Assembly (NCBI GenBank): GCA_965217585.1
Contig: OZ244561.1
Span: 1,792,001 to 1,856,000 of the forward strand
Length of the DNA: 64,000 bases
Direction of reading: 5' to 3'
From: Candidatus Latescibacterota bacterium
Lineage (GTDB): Bacteria > Latescibacterota > UBA2968 > UBA8231
Made by a program: the position numbers and the translations under genes. The notes beneath the pieces are model-generated. The model had not been told where the DNA came from and did not search any database. It worked only from the letters and a program-made list of their open reading frames with translations. Shown one piece after another: positions 9,232 through 19,005 of this stretch. Each line of letters begins with the position of its first letter. Positions within the stretch are counted from its first letter, which is position 1.

Positions 9232-10032
9232 ATGGCCGCTATCCTCTGTCCCCGCTGCCACAAACTCGTCAGTGCCGACGCCGAAACCTGCCCCCATTGC
9301 GGCCAGCGCAAACCCGGGCTGTGGGGCGCAACCGCCGCCATGCGCCGGCTTGGCTTGCAATTGAATTTTCCGCACTTAATCACCGTGTTCTGCGGCGTGC
9401 TCTACCTGCTCGCGTTGGCTCTGGATCCATCGGCGATTTTCCAGACGCAGGGCCTGATGCAGATTCTCTCGCCCAGCATCCAAGCCAGCTTTAAACTCGG
9501 CGTTACCGGAACCGTGCCCATCTTCTCTTATAACTTCTGGTGGACTCCGATCACCGCCATCTACCTGCACGGCAGCCTGCTGCACATTTTCTTCAACATG
9601 ATGTGGGTGCGTCAGCTTGGTCCGGTTGTAGAAGAGCTCTTCGGCCCCTTCCGCCTCTTTGCGATCTTTACGATCGCTGGCGTCACCGGCTTTATAGCCT
9701 CGACCCTAGTGGGCCACGCTTTCACGCTGGGTGCCTCCGGCTCGATCTTCGGCCTTTTGGCCGCGGCCATCGCCTACGGTCGGCGCGCCGGTGCCCAGCT
9801 CTTCACCCGGCAATTTCTCCAGTGGGCGGGCTTGCTTTTCATCATGGGCTTTGTGATGCCTGGCGTCGATAACTGGGCGCACGGCGGCGGCTTCATCGGT
9901 GGCTACGCGGCAGCGTATGTCTTCAGCCGCAGCTCAGAGCGCGAGGGCTTGGGAGCTTATCTGGCCGGTGGGTTGTGCCTACTAGCCACGGTCGGCGCGT
10001 TCGCCTTGCAGTTTATCGCCGTGTTTCTCTAG
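9232..10032 (+). CDS. Rhomboid family intramembrane serine protease with N-terminal Zn-ribbon
   Basis: CPRC...CPHC N-terminus; LHGSLLHIFFNM, catalytic GASG and DNWAHGGG; several TM helices. Confidence 0.9.
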   Translation: MAAILCPRCHKLVSADAETCPHCGQRKPGLWGATAAMRRLGLQLNFPHLITVFCGVLYLLALALDPSAIFQTQGLMQILSPSIQASFKLGVTGTVPIFSYNFWWTPITAIYLHGSLLHIFFNMMWVRQLGPVVEELFGPFRLFAIFTIAGVTGFIASTLVGHAFTLGASGSIFGLLAAAIAYGRRAGAQLFTRQFLQWAGLLFIMGFVMPGVDNWAHGGGFIGGYAAAYVFSRSSEREGLGAYLAGGLCLLATVGAFALQFIAVFL

Positions 10033-10040
10033 CCCGCTTC

Positions 10041-10700
10041 ATGCCCGACGAACTCATCGCGCTCTTCGATGGCCAAGGTCGTCCCATAGGCAGCAAAAGT
10101 CGCGCGGCTGCGTATGGCGACGGCGACCGCGTCGGCTTGGTCTTCGTCTGGGCGGCTTGGCGCACGTCCTCCGGCGTCGTCCGCACCCTACTCCAAACTC
10201 GCTCGCGCCCCGGCGACCCCTATCTCGGCAGCCTCGACGCTCCAGCCGGCGGCCACATCCGGGCCGGAGAAACGCCCACTGCAGCGGCGCACCGCGAATT
10301 CGCCGAAGAAGTCGGCATCGCCCTGACACCCGCCGAATTGGTCTTCCTCGGACAGCAACCCCTCCAAGACACCGGGCGCTCTGCCATGCAGTTTTTCTAC
10401 CTCTGTATGCGGCCTATCTCACTGGGGAAAACCGTATTCAACGAAGAAGTGGGAGCCTTTGTCGAAGTCGCCCTCGACGATTTCGACTCCTTAGTTTGCG
10501 AACGGGCCGCGTCGATCCAAGGCCAAGCCCGCTACAGGGAAGCACCAAACGAAACGAGGCCACGGGAAGTTACTCCCGCGGCCTTCGCCGCCTATTCCGC
10601 GCCGATCATGGACGCCATCCGCCGCTCAACCAGCGCGGTCCGCGTCTATCTCGATACTGAGCAGATCGACGCGGCTATCTGGACGCACGCGACCGGCTGA
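10041..10700 (+). CDS. NUDIX domain protein (IPP isomerase/YfcD-like)
   Basis: LDAPAGGHIRAGETPTAAAHREFAEEVGI. ATG at 10041. Confidence 0.8.
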   Translation: MPDELIALFDGQGRPIGSKSRAAAYGDGDRVGLVFVWAAWRTSSGVVRTLLQTRSRPGDPYLGSLDAPAGGHIRAGETPTAAAHREFAEEVGIALTPAELVFLGQQPLQDTGRSAMQFFYLCMRPISLGKTVFNEEVGAFVEVALDDFDSLVCERAASIQGQARYREAPNETRPREVTPAAFAAYSAPIMDAIRRSTSAVRVYLDTEQIDAAIWTHATG

Positions 10701-12123
10701 CGTAGCGCTCCAGATGCGCCAGCGCCCGGCCGCTATCGACAGCCTCCCGCGCCTCAGCCAATCCCTCTTCAGCACTCGCACTTAGTCCCAGATAGTAGTC
10801 GGTCAATCCCACGTTGAGCACTATGCGGTCGTAAACTGGCCCCTGCTCGCCCTTGAGTGCCGCCAGTCCCATAGCGGCAAAAGCCCGCGCACTCACCTCC
10901 GCAGGACGCGGGCTTTGCTCGTAGTAAAAGCCGTATTCCTCCGGATCCACATCGCAGGCAACCGTCGTCAGTGCACCACCGACGCGGCGGAATCCCTGCA
11001 CGTAGTTGATGGCCTTGCGCCGAGCGTCCGAAGGCTTGCCCAAGCGCAATCCGTAGTGGCTGCTCCCCTCCTCACCCTTGATCACCAGCCCCGCATCCAA
11101 ACCGCGCTCCTGCATCAACCCCAACAGCTTGTCCTCGTATCCGACGTGGTAAAAGCCCGCGATCATGCCGTTCCAAGCCGGGCCGACAAACAACTGCTGG
11201 GCCTTCTCGGTAGTGGCCCAAGGCGGACGTTTGGCGATGTGAGTGCGCAAATGTCGCAAAGCATACGCGCTAGGGGCGTACTCTCGCTGACTCACGTACG
11301 CGAACCCAACGTCCGGGTCTTCAATACAACGGGCCGCCGTCGCCAGCGACAGATCAACCCGCGCACCCAAGGCCGCCAGCACCCCTTCCTCGGTGACTCC
11401 GCGCTTGGGCGGCATTTCAGCGACGCCGTGTAGCACGGTCGCCCGACCCAAGGCCGCGCGCACAGCAGCGACGAAGAGCGTCGGACGAAAGAAGCGCGCC
11501 GCGCCGTCAAAGGGTTGGCCAAAATGCGTCAGCGCCTCCACTTGCAGCGCGGACACCTGCTCTGCGGGGAGCACGGCGTCGAGATGAGCGCGAATTTCTT
11601 CTTTATCTTCGATGTTCATCCGCTGACCGATCAAAAACGCAGCCATCAGCGAGGGACGCACTTCGCCCGCGAGCATGGCTCCGAGCGCACCGCGCACTTC
11701 CTCGTAGCACAAGTGCCCGCCCTGCAAAACCGGGCGCAGAGCCGCAACCATCCGCGCTTCGCCCGCGCCAGCGAAATCCGGTGCCATCCCCAGCAAGAAG
11801 CGCAAATCCTCGGGCATCTTGCTGAACGCGTCCCCATAGCGGTCAAACGCCTCGACCTCCGCCGCGCTCCAACCAGTCTGCACGCCGAAGGTGCGGCGGA
11901 TAGACATCGCCGCGAAAAATGCGCCCATCTGGGCTGGAGAAACTTCCTCTACGCGGGGCAAGGCCCCCTTGAGCGAGGCGAAAATTAGCTCCAGAATGCG
12001 CCCAGGATCTGGGTCGCCCTCTTTTTTGCCCAGCGGGCGGCTCTGGTGCGGCCCTGTACAGACGCGTGCTTGCGCCTCGATTACTTCCTCGTTGGGGCCG
12101 GGATAGGGGTCGGCTTTAGACAC
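10675..12123 (-). CDS. Anthranilate phosphoribosyltransferase-like protein (glycosyltransferase family 3, YbiB/plant-type paralog)
   Basis: AQMGAFFAAM, AAFLIGQRM, GQPFDG, LHGVAEMPPKRGVT, KRPPWATTEK, IKGEEGS. GTG at 12123 after GGAG. Confidence 0.75.
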   Translation of the reverse strand: MSKADPYPGPNEEVIEAQARVCTGPHQSRPLGKKEGDPDPGRILELIFASLKGALPRVEEVSPAQMGAFFAAMSIRRTFGVQTGWSAAEVEAFDRYGDAFSKMPEDLRFLLGMAPDFAGAGEARMVAALRPVLQGGHLCYEEVRGALGAMLAGEVRPSLMAAFLIGQRMNIEDKEEIRAHLDAVLPAEQVSALQVEALTHFGQPFDGAARFFRPTLFVAAVRAALGRATVLHGVAEMPPKRGVTEEGVLAALGARVDLSLATAARCIEDPDVGFAYVSQREYAPSAYALRHLRTHIAKRPPWATTEKAQQLFVGPAWNGMIAGFYHVGYEDKLLGLMQERGLDAGLVIKGEEGSSHYGLRLGKPSDARRKAINYVQGFRRVGGALTTVACDVDPEEYGFYYEQSPRPAEVSARAFAAMGLAALKGEQGPVYDRIVLNVGLTDYYLGLSASAEEGLAEAREAVDSGRALAHLERYVSRSRASR

Positions 12124-12256
12124 GATTTTTGCTCCCTTTATGAAGAAAAATATACGATTCCCAGCCAATGCGCGCCCGGGAATCTAACGGCGTAGATTGC
12201 GCGAAATACAGGTTCAACGCAATTTTTGATACACCCTCTTCCGCGAGGAATCCCCA

Positions 12257-12670
12257 ATGCGCTACCTCTCTCGTCTTTTTCTTATAGCCTTCGCCATCGC
12301 GGCTTGTGGCTCGTCCGACCAGGCTTCTCCGGCGCTGGTCCACTACGTCGCGGCTCAAGAAGCCTTGGCCTCCGACGACCTAGACCGGGCGCACCAAGCA
12401 CTGAAAGGCCTGATCCAAAACGCCAGCCCAACGCTCAAGCCGCTGGCGGAAAAAGCCGCAAGCGCTGCCGACCTTGCTGCGGTGCGCGTTGCGTTCAAGC
12501 CGCTGTCCGAAGAAGTGATGAAGGGCCAAATACCCGAAGGCTACGTCGTGGCGTACTGCCCGATGGCCGACGGAGACAAAGGGGCGCACTGGGTTCAAAA
12601 GGACCAACCCCAAATCGCCAATCCCTACTTCGGCGCTTCCATGCTCCGCTGCGGGGTATTCAAGGAGTAG
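12257..12670 (+). CDS. DUF3347-like lipoprotein (putative metal-binding, CusB-associated type)
   Basis: Lipobox AIAAC; YCPMA...WVQ...IANPYFGASMLRCG signature. Confidence 0.8.
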   Translation: MRYLSRLFLIAFAIAACGSSDQASPALVHYVAAQEALASDDLDRAHQALKGLIQNASPTLKPLAEKAASAADLAAVRVAFKPLSEEVMKGQIPEGYVVAYCPMADGDKGAHWVQKDQPQIANPYFGASMLRCGVFKE

Positions 12671-12682
12671 CCGCACCCACAC

Positions 12683-13420
12683 ATGATCCGCGTAGAATCC
12701 GCTACCCGCCGCTACGGCATTTTGACCGCGGTTGACGAAGTCAGCTTCGCCGTTGACCAAGGGGAAATCGTCGGCTTCGTCGGCCCCAATGGTGCCGGCA
12801 AGAGCACCATGCTCAAGATGCTCTCCACCTTTATCCATCCCACGGCCGGCACAATCGCCATCGACGGGCTCGACGTGGTGGAGCACCCGCTCGCCGTGCG
12901 CCGCCGCATCGGCTATCTGTCGGGCGACACCCCGCTCTACCAAGAGATGCGCGTCGATAAGTTCCTCCGCTTCATCGCCCGGGCCCGCGGCCTCGAAGGC
13001 GACGCCTTGCAGCAGGGCCTAGCGCGCGCGGTCGCGCTCTGCGGGCTTGCAGAGGTGCTCACCCAGCGCATCAAGGAGTGCTCCACCGGGTTCCGCCAGC
13101 GCATTGGCCTAGCTACCGCCATGGTCCACGATCCGCCGGTCTTGCTCCTCGACGAGCCAACCCACGGCTTCGACCCCTTGCAGGTCCTAGCCTTCCGCGA
13201 CACCTTGCGCACACTTAGTCAGGACCGGGCGATTCTCTTTAGCACCCACATCATCGGCGACGTCGAAGCCATTGCCGACCGCGTGTTGATCATTCATCAA
13301 GGGCGCTTGCTCGGCGATGGCCGCGTCGAACAGTTGGCCGCAGACGCCGGCATCCCCGGGGCCGGTCTCGAAGCCGTCTTCGCCCACCTAGTCCGCGCCA
13401 CAACCCCTGCCCATGTCTGA
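12683..13420 (+). CDS. ABC transporter ATP-binding protein (GldA-like)
   Basis: Walker A GPNGAGKST, signature CSTGFRQR, Walker B LLLDEPT, H-loop STH. Confidence 0.92.
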   Translation: MIRVESATRRYGILTAVDEVSFAVDQGEIVGFVGPNGAGKSTMLKMLSTFIHPTAGTIAIDGLDVVEHPLAVRRRIGYLSGDTPLYQEMRVDKFLRFIARARGLEGDALQQGLARAVALCGLAEVLTQRIKECSTGFRQRIGLATAMVHDPPVLLLDEPTHGFDPLQVLAFRDTLRTLSQDRAILFSTHIIGDVEAIADRVLIIHQGRLLGDGRVEQLAADAGIPGAGLEAVFAHLVRATTPAHV

Positions 13421-14180
13421 CGCCCAACGCCTGTCTGCTGCCGAGTGCCTGCGCGGCACGCGCATCGTCTTCGACCGCGAGCTAGAGGCGTACTTCGACT
13501 CGCCCATTGCCTATGCGTACGCCGCGGTCTTCTTGGTGCTGTCTTGCACCACCTTTATGAACTCCTTTTTTCTCGACGGGGTCGTCGATATGGGACCGTA
13601 CTTCACCGCCCTGCCCTTCCTGCTGATCCCCTTCGTCCCAGCCATTACCATGCGGGCCTGGGCCGAGGAACGCGCCCAGCACACCTTCGAGTTGCTGATG
13701 ACCCTGCCGCTGCACTCCTTGCAGGTCGTGCTGGGCAAATATCTCGCGGCCCTCTGCTTCTACGCTATCGTCCTCGCTGGCAGCCTGCCCATCGTGCTGA
13801 TGCTCCTCTTCCTCGGCGATCCCGATCTCGGGCGCATCTGCGCCAGCTATCTCGGCGCACTGCTGTTGGGTGCTTTCTTCCTGTCCTTCGGCCTGTTTGC
13901 CTCCGGCCTAACCCGCGACCAGATCGTCGCCTTTGTGCTCTCCGCGCTTCTCGGCTTCTTCTTCGTGCTCAGCGGACACGAGAAAGTCGTCGAGGTCCTC
14001 GACGGACTAGCTCCGGCCTATCAGCCGGGCACTTGGCTGTACGAGACCATATCAGTCCTGCCCCATTACGAGGCTTTTGGCCACGGCATAATCGCCCTCA
14101 CCGACCTGCTGTACTTCGCGTTGATGAGCGGCTTTTTCGTCTCGATGAACTATCTCAGCCTCCAGAGATCCAAGTATTGA
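13413..14180 (+). CDS. ABC-2 type permease (GldF-like)
   Basis: RELEAYFDSPIAY, PAITMRAWAEER...TFELLMTLP, VLGKYLA, TRDQIVAF; six TM segments. Confidence 0.9.
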   Translation: MSDAQRLSAAECLRGTRIVFDRELEAYFDSPIAYAYAAVFLVLSCTTFMNSFFLDGVVDMGPYFTALPFLLIPFVPAITMRAWAEERAQHTFELLMTLPLHSLQVVLGKYLAALCFYAIVLAGSLPIVLMLLFLGDPDLGRICASYLGALLLGAFFLSFGLFASGLTRDQIVAFVLSALLGFFFVLSGHEKVVEVLDGLAPAYQPGTWLYETISVLPHYEAFGHGIIALTDLLYFALMSGFFVSMNYLSLQRSKY

Positions 14181-17100
14181 AGCGGCACTTCTTGCTCCAA
14201 ATCGCGCTGGCTTTCGCGCTGCTGTTGGGCATCGTCGCTTACGCCGGCCGCCTCCTGCACCTGACGGGGAGTTGGACTTTAGACCTAGCGGGGGACGACA
14301 TCGCCACGCTCGCGCCGGCGACCGAGCGCTACCTCCGCTCCTTAGACACCCCGCTCTCGATCACCTACTTTGCCACCGCCCGCGAAAACATGCCGGCGCA
14401 TCTCAAAGACCTCGAGCCCCAAGTTCGCCGACTCCTGTCAGTGCTGCGCGACCGCGCACCCGAGCGCATCGACTATCGAGTCATTGACCCGGACCAAAGC
14501 GGGCGCACGGGCATCGGCTATGCGGCTAGCAAAAAGGCCTCCTCCTTCAGCGTGCGGCGGGTGTTGCACGACGAGCATTCCGAGCAGAAAATCTGGTCCT
14601 CACTGGTAATCGCGCGTACCAACGCGCCCGCAGTGCTCGTCCAAAGCATTGAGCCAGAGCACCTGCCTTATCTAGAACAGTTCGTCATCGCCCAACTGCA
14701 GGCCGGACGAAAGCCGCCGCAACCTACCATTGGCGTCTCGGCACCGCCGCCCTTCCAGCTTTTGGCGGCCTTTCTCAACGAGGCCGGGCCGGTCGTCGAG
14801 CTGGATCTCAATAGCGATCCTACCATCCCCCCGGAAATCGACGTGCTGTTCTGGATCCAGCCTGAGGTCGCCACGCCCGAACACGTGCGGCAGTTGCTTG
14901 CCTTTCTAGCATCCGGCCGCAGTGCAGTGCTCGCCGGTAGCGCGTACCAGATCGGCTACTCTCCACAGGAGGACGCAATTTCCTATTGGGTACACCACGC
15001 GCCGCCTGCTTGGGCGCAACTGCTCCAGCCCTTTGGCATCCGGCCGGTACCAGACCTGCTCGTCGATAAAAACGCCGGGCCGGTCATCCTCGACATGGGC
15101 GAAGTCGTCGCGCCCTTTCACCTCCGGGTGCTACCCGCTTTTTACAATATGAAGAGCTTTGCCGCACCAGGTCGCGGCGGGCTTAACTTCGTCGCCGCTA
15201 GCGCGCTCGAAGTCGATCCCCAGGCCGTACAAGCCAAGGGCTTCCACGCGGAAATCGTCGGCACCACCACCGAAAGCCCTCGCGTCCTGCCCCTGCCCAC
15301 CGGCTCCTTCACCGACGCCGACTTAACCGGCGGCCTGCCCGTGCCCAAACAAAATTTGCTGGTCCTGCTCAAGCCGGACGATCCTTGGCAGGGGCAGCTA
15401 TTCGTCTTGGCCAGCGCGTCGCCTTTCCAAGACGGCATCATCAATCAGCCCGGCTACGCCCACCGCGTTTTCCTGCAAAACCTCATCCGCACCTACGGCC
15501 AACCGGAGCGCGTATTGCGAGGGCGCGTGGAAAAGGGCGGGGCACAACGGCTCGTTCCGCCCGGCACACTCGCCCGTTTCTTCTGGCGGTTCTTTGCGGT
15601 CTCTTTGGTGCCGCTGGGATTCGTGGGCCTCGGCGTGAGACACTACCTCCGCCACAGTCGCCTAAGCTGGCCAGCCGGCCGTTGGGGCCGCCAGCTCGGC
15701 CTCGCCTGCTTGGTGCTCCTCGTTGGTGCGCTCGTCTGGCGCGGCCGCGGCCCCTACCTCGACCTGACGGCCGACCAGCTCAACACGCCCTCGCCGCTTT
15801 TGGGCCGCTTGTTGCAGGGCACGTCCCTAGCCGCCGAACTGATCGCCACGCACCGGGCCTCCATGCCCCGGCAGCTCAAAGACGCCGAAGATCGCATCCG
15901 CACCCTGTTCGCCGACTGCAACATTCCCCTGCGCGTGATCCGGCCCGACGCGCTGACCCCCGACCAGCGACAGGCGCTCGCCGCCGAGGGGCTGGTGCCC
16001 TTTCCAGCCGAACGAGTCCTCAACGACACCCTCGCCACTCAATACGTATGGAGCGGCCTGCGTCTGCTGGGCAACGCGCACACCATCGCCATGCCGCGAC
16101 TCGACCAACACACCCTGCACCACCTCGAATTCCTCTTGGCCGCGGCCTCCCACAGCCTGCAACAAGGACGCAAAATCCGCGTGGCCATCATCTCCGACTT
16201 GCCGCGCCTCTCGCCGGCCGAAGCCCTCGAAGACTACCAGAAGAAGGGCCTCATCGCCCCAGGCGGCACCGACGTATACAGCAACTTGAAAGCCCTGCTC
16301 GCCGACTATCTCTACGACGTCCACTACATCAATCCCCGCACGCCGAGCATGCCCGCAGACGTAGATGTCTTGTTGTGGCTGCAGCCGCGCCGCGACTCGG
16401 GTCCGATCCTGCTGCTGCTGAGCCAGCATCTCGCACGAGGGGGCAAGGCCGTTGTCGCCATGCAGCACTTCAACATCCAGCAGCGCCAGTACCGCGGCTC
16501 GGGATTTCAAACGGTGTACTGGCCTCAGCCCCAATTCCAAGACCTCGACCGCTACCTCCAACTCTTTGGCGTCGAACAGCTCCGCGAAGTGCTCTTCGAT
16601 CGCACTCAGTCCCACCTCGACCTAGAGACCCAAGTCAACCGCACGGCCGTGCGCGAGTACGACCCGCAAAAAGTCGCCTTGCCGTTCTTGATCCGCGCCG
16701 TCGGCCAGCACTACGACCTTACCTCGCCGGTCACCCGGCACCTCGGCGACCTGCTCTTTATCTGGGGCAATCGCTTTGCCCTGCAACCGGCAGAGCTAAG
16801 CAGTGCGGGAATAACGGCCCAGACCCTGATCTCCACCTCGCCCCAAGCCTGGGCTTACCCATGGCAGGGCGGTTGGCTGCCGCCCGAGGTCTTCGCCCCT
16901 CAGACCTACCTGCCCGGCCCCCAACCCCTCGTCGCGCTGCTTACCGGGCCTTTTCCCGAGGTCGCCTTTACTGAAAGCGAGGATGGCCGCGCCACACTCC
17001 AGCGCGTGGGCGAGCGTCCGCGGCAAACGGGGGCCCTACTCCTGATCGGCTCTTCCGAGATGTTCAAAAACGAGCACCTGTTGGCCCCGGGCTTTCAGCA

Positions 17101-17299
17101 CGATCAATTCTTGCTCAATGCTGTGGCGTACAACACTTACGGCGAGGAGCTAGGCTCCTTACAGGCGCGGCGGCCAACTCCGCGCGGCTTTCCCTTCCAA
17201 AACGCCGAGGCCAAGCGCCTGTGGCGAGTATTCGTGGTGGGCGCGGGACCGCTGCTGTTTTTGGGCTATGCTCTCTATCGCCGCACGAGGCGGGCGTGA
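14177..17299 (+). CDS. GldG/ABC_transp_aux family protein with two tandem modules (~1040 aa)
   Basis: TTG at 14177 overlaps the permease stop. Two repeats of TM-DL(A/T)xD...MPxxLKD...WS(S/G)L...(SPFQD/SEMFKN)...FLxN...TM architecture. Confidence 0.8.
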   Translation: MKRHFLLQIALAFALLLGIVAYAGRLLHLTGSWTLDLAGDDIATLAPATERYLRSLDTPLSITYFATARENMPAHLKDLEPQVRRLLSVLRDRAPERIDYRVIDPDQSGRTGIGYAASKKASSFSVRRVLHDEHSEQKIWSSLVIARTNAPAVLVQSIEPEHLPYLEQFVIAQLQAGRKPPQPTIGVSAPPPFQLLAAFLNEAGPVVELDLNSDPTIPPEIDVLFWIQPEVATPEHVRQLLAFLASGRSAVLAGSAYQIGYSPQEDAISYWVHHAPPAWAQLLQPFGIRPVPDLLVDKNAGPVILDMGEVVAPFHLRVLPAFYNMKSFAAPGRGGLNFVAASALEVDPQAVQAKGFHAEIVGTTTESPRVLPLPTGSFTDADLTGGLPVPKQNLLVLLKPDDPWQGQLFVLASASPFQDGIINQPGYAHRVFLQNLIRTYGQPERVLRGRVEKGGAQRLVPPGTLARFFWRFFAVSLVPLGFVGLGVRHYLRHSRLSWPAGRWGRQLGLACLVLLVGALVWRGRGPYLDLTADQLNTPSPLLGRLLQGTSLAAELIATHRASMPRQLKDAEDRIRTLFADCNIPLRVIRPDALTPDQRQALAAEGLVPFPAERVLNDTLATQYVWSGLRLLGNAHTIAMPRLDQHTLHHLEFLLAAASHSLQQGRKIRVAIISDLPRLSPAEALEDYQKKGLIAPGGTDVYSNLKALLADYLYDVHYINPRTPSMPADVDVLLWLQPRRDSGPILLLLSQHLARGGKAVVAMQHFNIQQRQYRGSGFQTVYWPQPQFQDLDRYLQLFGVEQLREVLFDRTQSHLDLETQVNRTAVREYDPQKVALPFLIRAVGQHYDLTSPVTRHLGDLLFIWGNRFALQPAELSSAGITAQTLISTSPQAWAYPWQGGWLPPEVFAPQTYLPGPQPLVALLTGPFPEVAFTESEDGRATLQRVGERPRQTGALLLIGSSEMFKNEHLLAPGFQHDQFLLNAVAYNTYGEELGSLQARRPTPRGFPFQNAEAKRLWRVFVVGAGPLLFLGYALYRRTRRA

Positions 17300-18303
17300 T
17301 CCGCTTGCTCTGCGCGCTGGGGGCCCTGCTGGTCCTGTTCGTCCTCGGGGAGAGCACGCTGCGCGAGCACCAGCGCGCTGTGCGCCGCACCGCCGGGGCC
17401 TTGCGCCTCTTGACGCCCGAGTTGGCCTCAGCCGTCGCTCAGATCGAGATCAGCGTGGCCGGACGCCGCTGGCACTACGTCCGGCGCGGGAACACTTGGT
17501 ATTTCCCAGCCTATCACCGCGCCTTTGTCCTCAACCGCCGCGTCGAGTACCTGCTCCAGAGTCTGCTCGCTACCCCGGCGACCTTCGTCTCGACCGAGCC
17601 TGGGGACTTGGCCCGCTATGGCCTCGGCCCGGGTAGCGTCCGCATCCATCTGCTCGATCAACAGGGGCGTCCCTTGCTAAAAGTGCGCCAAGGGCGCGGT
17701 GCCCCCGGGGCCCGCGCTGGGGAATCGTATGTCCAGCGCGTTGGTGCCGACAGCATCTTCCACCTCCACGCCCACCCCGTCCACGCCCTCGACACCGCGC
17801 CGCCCGCTCCCATGCTCGACCGCCGCGTCCTGCCCCAAGCCTTACAGAGCAAGGGCCTCCGGCGCATCGCCTTCGTTGGCGACCCTTCCTACCCGATGCA
17901 GTCCCTCAGCCGCCAGCTAAAAGCCATGACGGCGCCGGGCCCTATGATGCCGACCTACGAGTGGGTCGTCCTCTCTGCGGCTGGCGCGGAGACCTGCCTC
18001 TCAGCGAGTGCAGAAGCCTACGCCGACTTCCTCAAACGCCTGACGTGGTCGGCTTTGCACGATCCGGGTCGCACCGATGCCTTTGCCCAGGCTCGCTACC
18101 TCTATCTCGAAGACGAAGAGGGCGCAATAGACACCCTCGCCATTGGCGCAGCCGACGACCGCGGCCGCTACCTCCGCCTCCACACCACCGGCCACGTCTT
18201 CTCCATAACGCCCGAAAGAGCCGCTCTCCTCTTTCCCACTCGCTCCGCCCTCCTCGACACGCTCTCCCAACCCTCGCCCTACCACCAAGCTGAGCCGTTC
18301 TAG
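17296..18303 (+). CDS. DUF4340 domain protein
   Basis: GTGA overlap with the GldG stop, N-terminal TM, DLARYGL motif, SYVQR; typical fourth gene of GldAFG-like operons. Confidence 0.7.
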   Translation: MIRLLCALGALLVLFVLGESTLREHQRAVRRTAGALRLLTPELASAVAQIEISVAGRRWHYVRRGNTWYFPAYHRAFVLNRRVEYLLQSLLATPATFVSTEPGDLARYGLGPGSVRIHLLDQQGRPLLKVRQGRGAPGARAGESYVQRVGADSIFHLHAHPVHALDTAPPAPMLDRRVLPQALQSKGLRRIAFVGDPSYPMQSLSRQLKAMTAPGPMMPTYEWVVLSAAGAETCLSASAEAYADFLKRLTWSALHDPGRTDAFAQARYLYLEDEEGAIDTLAIGAADDRGRYLRLHTTGHVFSITPERAALLFPTRSALLDTLSQPSPYHQAEPF

Positions 18304-18312
18304 CCACTAGCC

Positions 18313-18918
18313 ATGCTCTATCGCAACCTGCTGCGCCACCGGTGGAAGGAGTTCATCCGCAACCCCTCTTGGCGTGGCATAAGCGTCGCCTACGCCATTT
18401 TTCTAGTTCTGCTAGTGCTGTACTTCCTGCTCAGCCTCGCCCTCACGGGAGTCTTCATCGGTCATCTGCTAACTAGTCAAGACCCCGCCGCCGATGTCGT
18501 CCGCTTAGTCAATCAGCACCTACTGAGCGTTTTCTTGCTCTTGTTCCTAGCCCGCGTGCTCTTTCAAAACACGCCGCAGCTAAAAATTGGCCCCTATCTT
18601 CACTTACCCGTTTCCCGGCCCGCTCTAGTGCGATTTTTCTCTTTGGCGTCCCTGTTCCACCTGCACAACCTACTACCGCTGGCCTTCTTTATTCCGTTCT
18701 GGATCGGCAATCTAGCGCTGACTTCACATTCCTTCACTATCTTTGGGGCCCATCGGCTGCAAAAGTGCAAGTACCACATGGCGGTCGGTTTTAGGGGGAT
18801 CACCGAGGTCTGCCGCCGGATTGCCGTCATTGAGCGCGGTGTAATCGTGCGCGATATCCGCACGGCCCCGGATACGCTGCGGGAATTGGAGTGCTACTTT
18901 GCCGTCGAGGAAATGTAA
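18313..18918 (+). pseudogene. In-frame chimera: DUF5687-like membrane protein N-terminus + C-terminal tail of an ABC ATPase
   Basis: First ~137 aa resemble DUF5687 (HRWKEFIR...PYLHLPV...HNLLPLAFFIPF). From 18799, ITEVCRRIAVIERGVIVRDI...TLRELECYFAV is a post-H-loop ABC ATPase tail. Confidence 0.65.
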
Positions 18919-18952
18919 ACGGTTCAGTCGCGCTACTTCACCGATAAACACA

Positions 18953-18981
18953 AAATGGGACCTCAAATCGAGGCCCCATTT
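18953..18981. terminator. Hairpin terminator downstream of 19006..23019 (convergent junction)
   Basis: AAATGGGACCTC-AAATC-GAGGCCCCATTT inverted repeat with one mismatch. Confidence 0.7.
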
Positions 18982-19005
18982 CGCAAACTCGCTGTGCCGC
19001 GGCTG

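Noticed and set aside
13445-14176. N-terminal 244 aa of the 1284-aa ORF
   Set aside because: Overlaps the permease in another frame and is Arg/Pro-rich junk; the real start is TTG 14177.
15385-16974. 529-aa alternative-frame ORF (similarly 3453..4676, 33405..34619, 36986..38128, 38674..39891)
   Set aside because: Overlap well-supported genes, have no motifs, and are expected from stop-codon scarcity at high GC.
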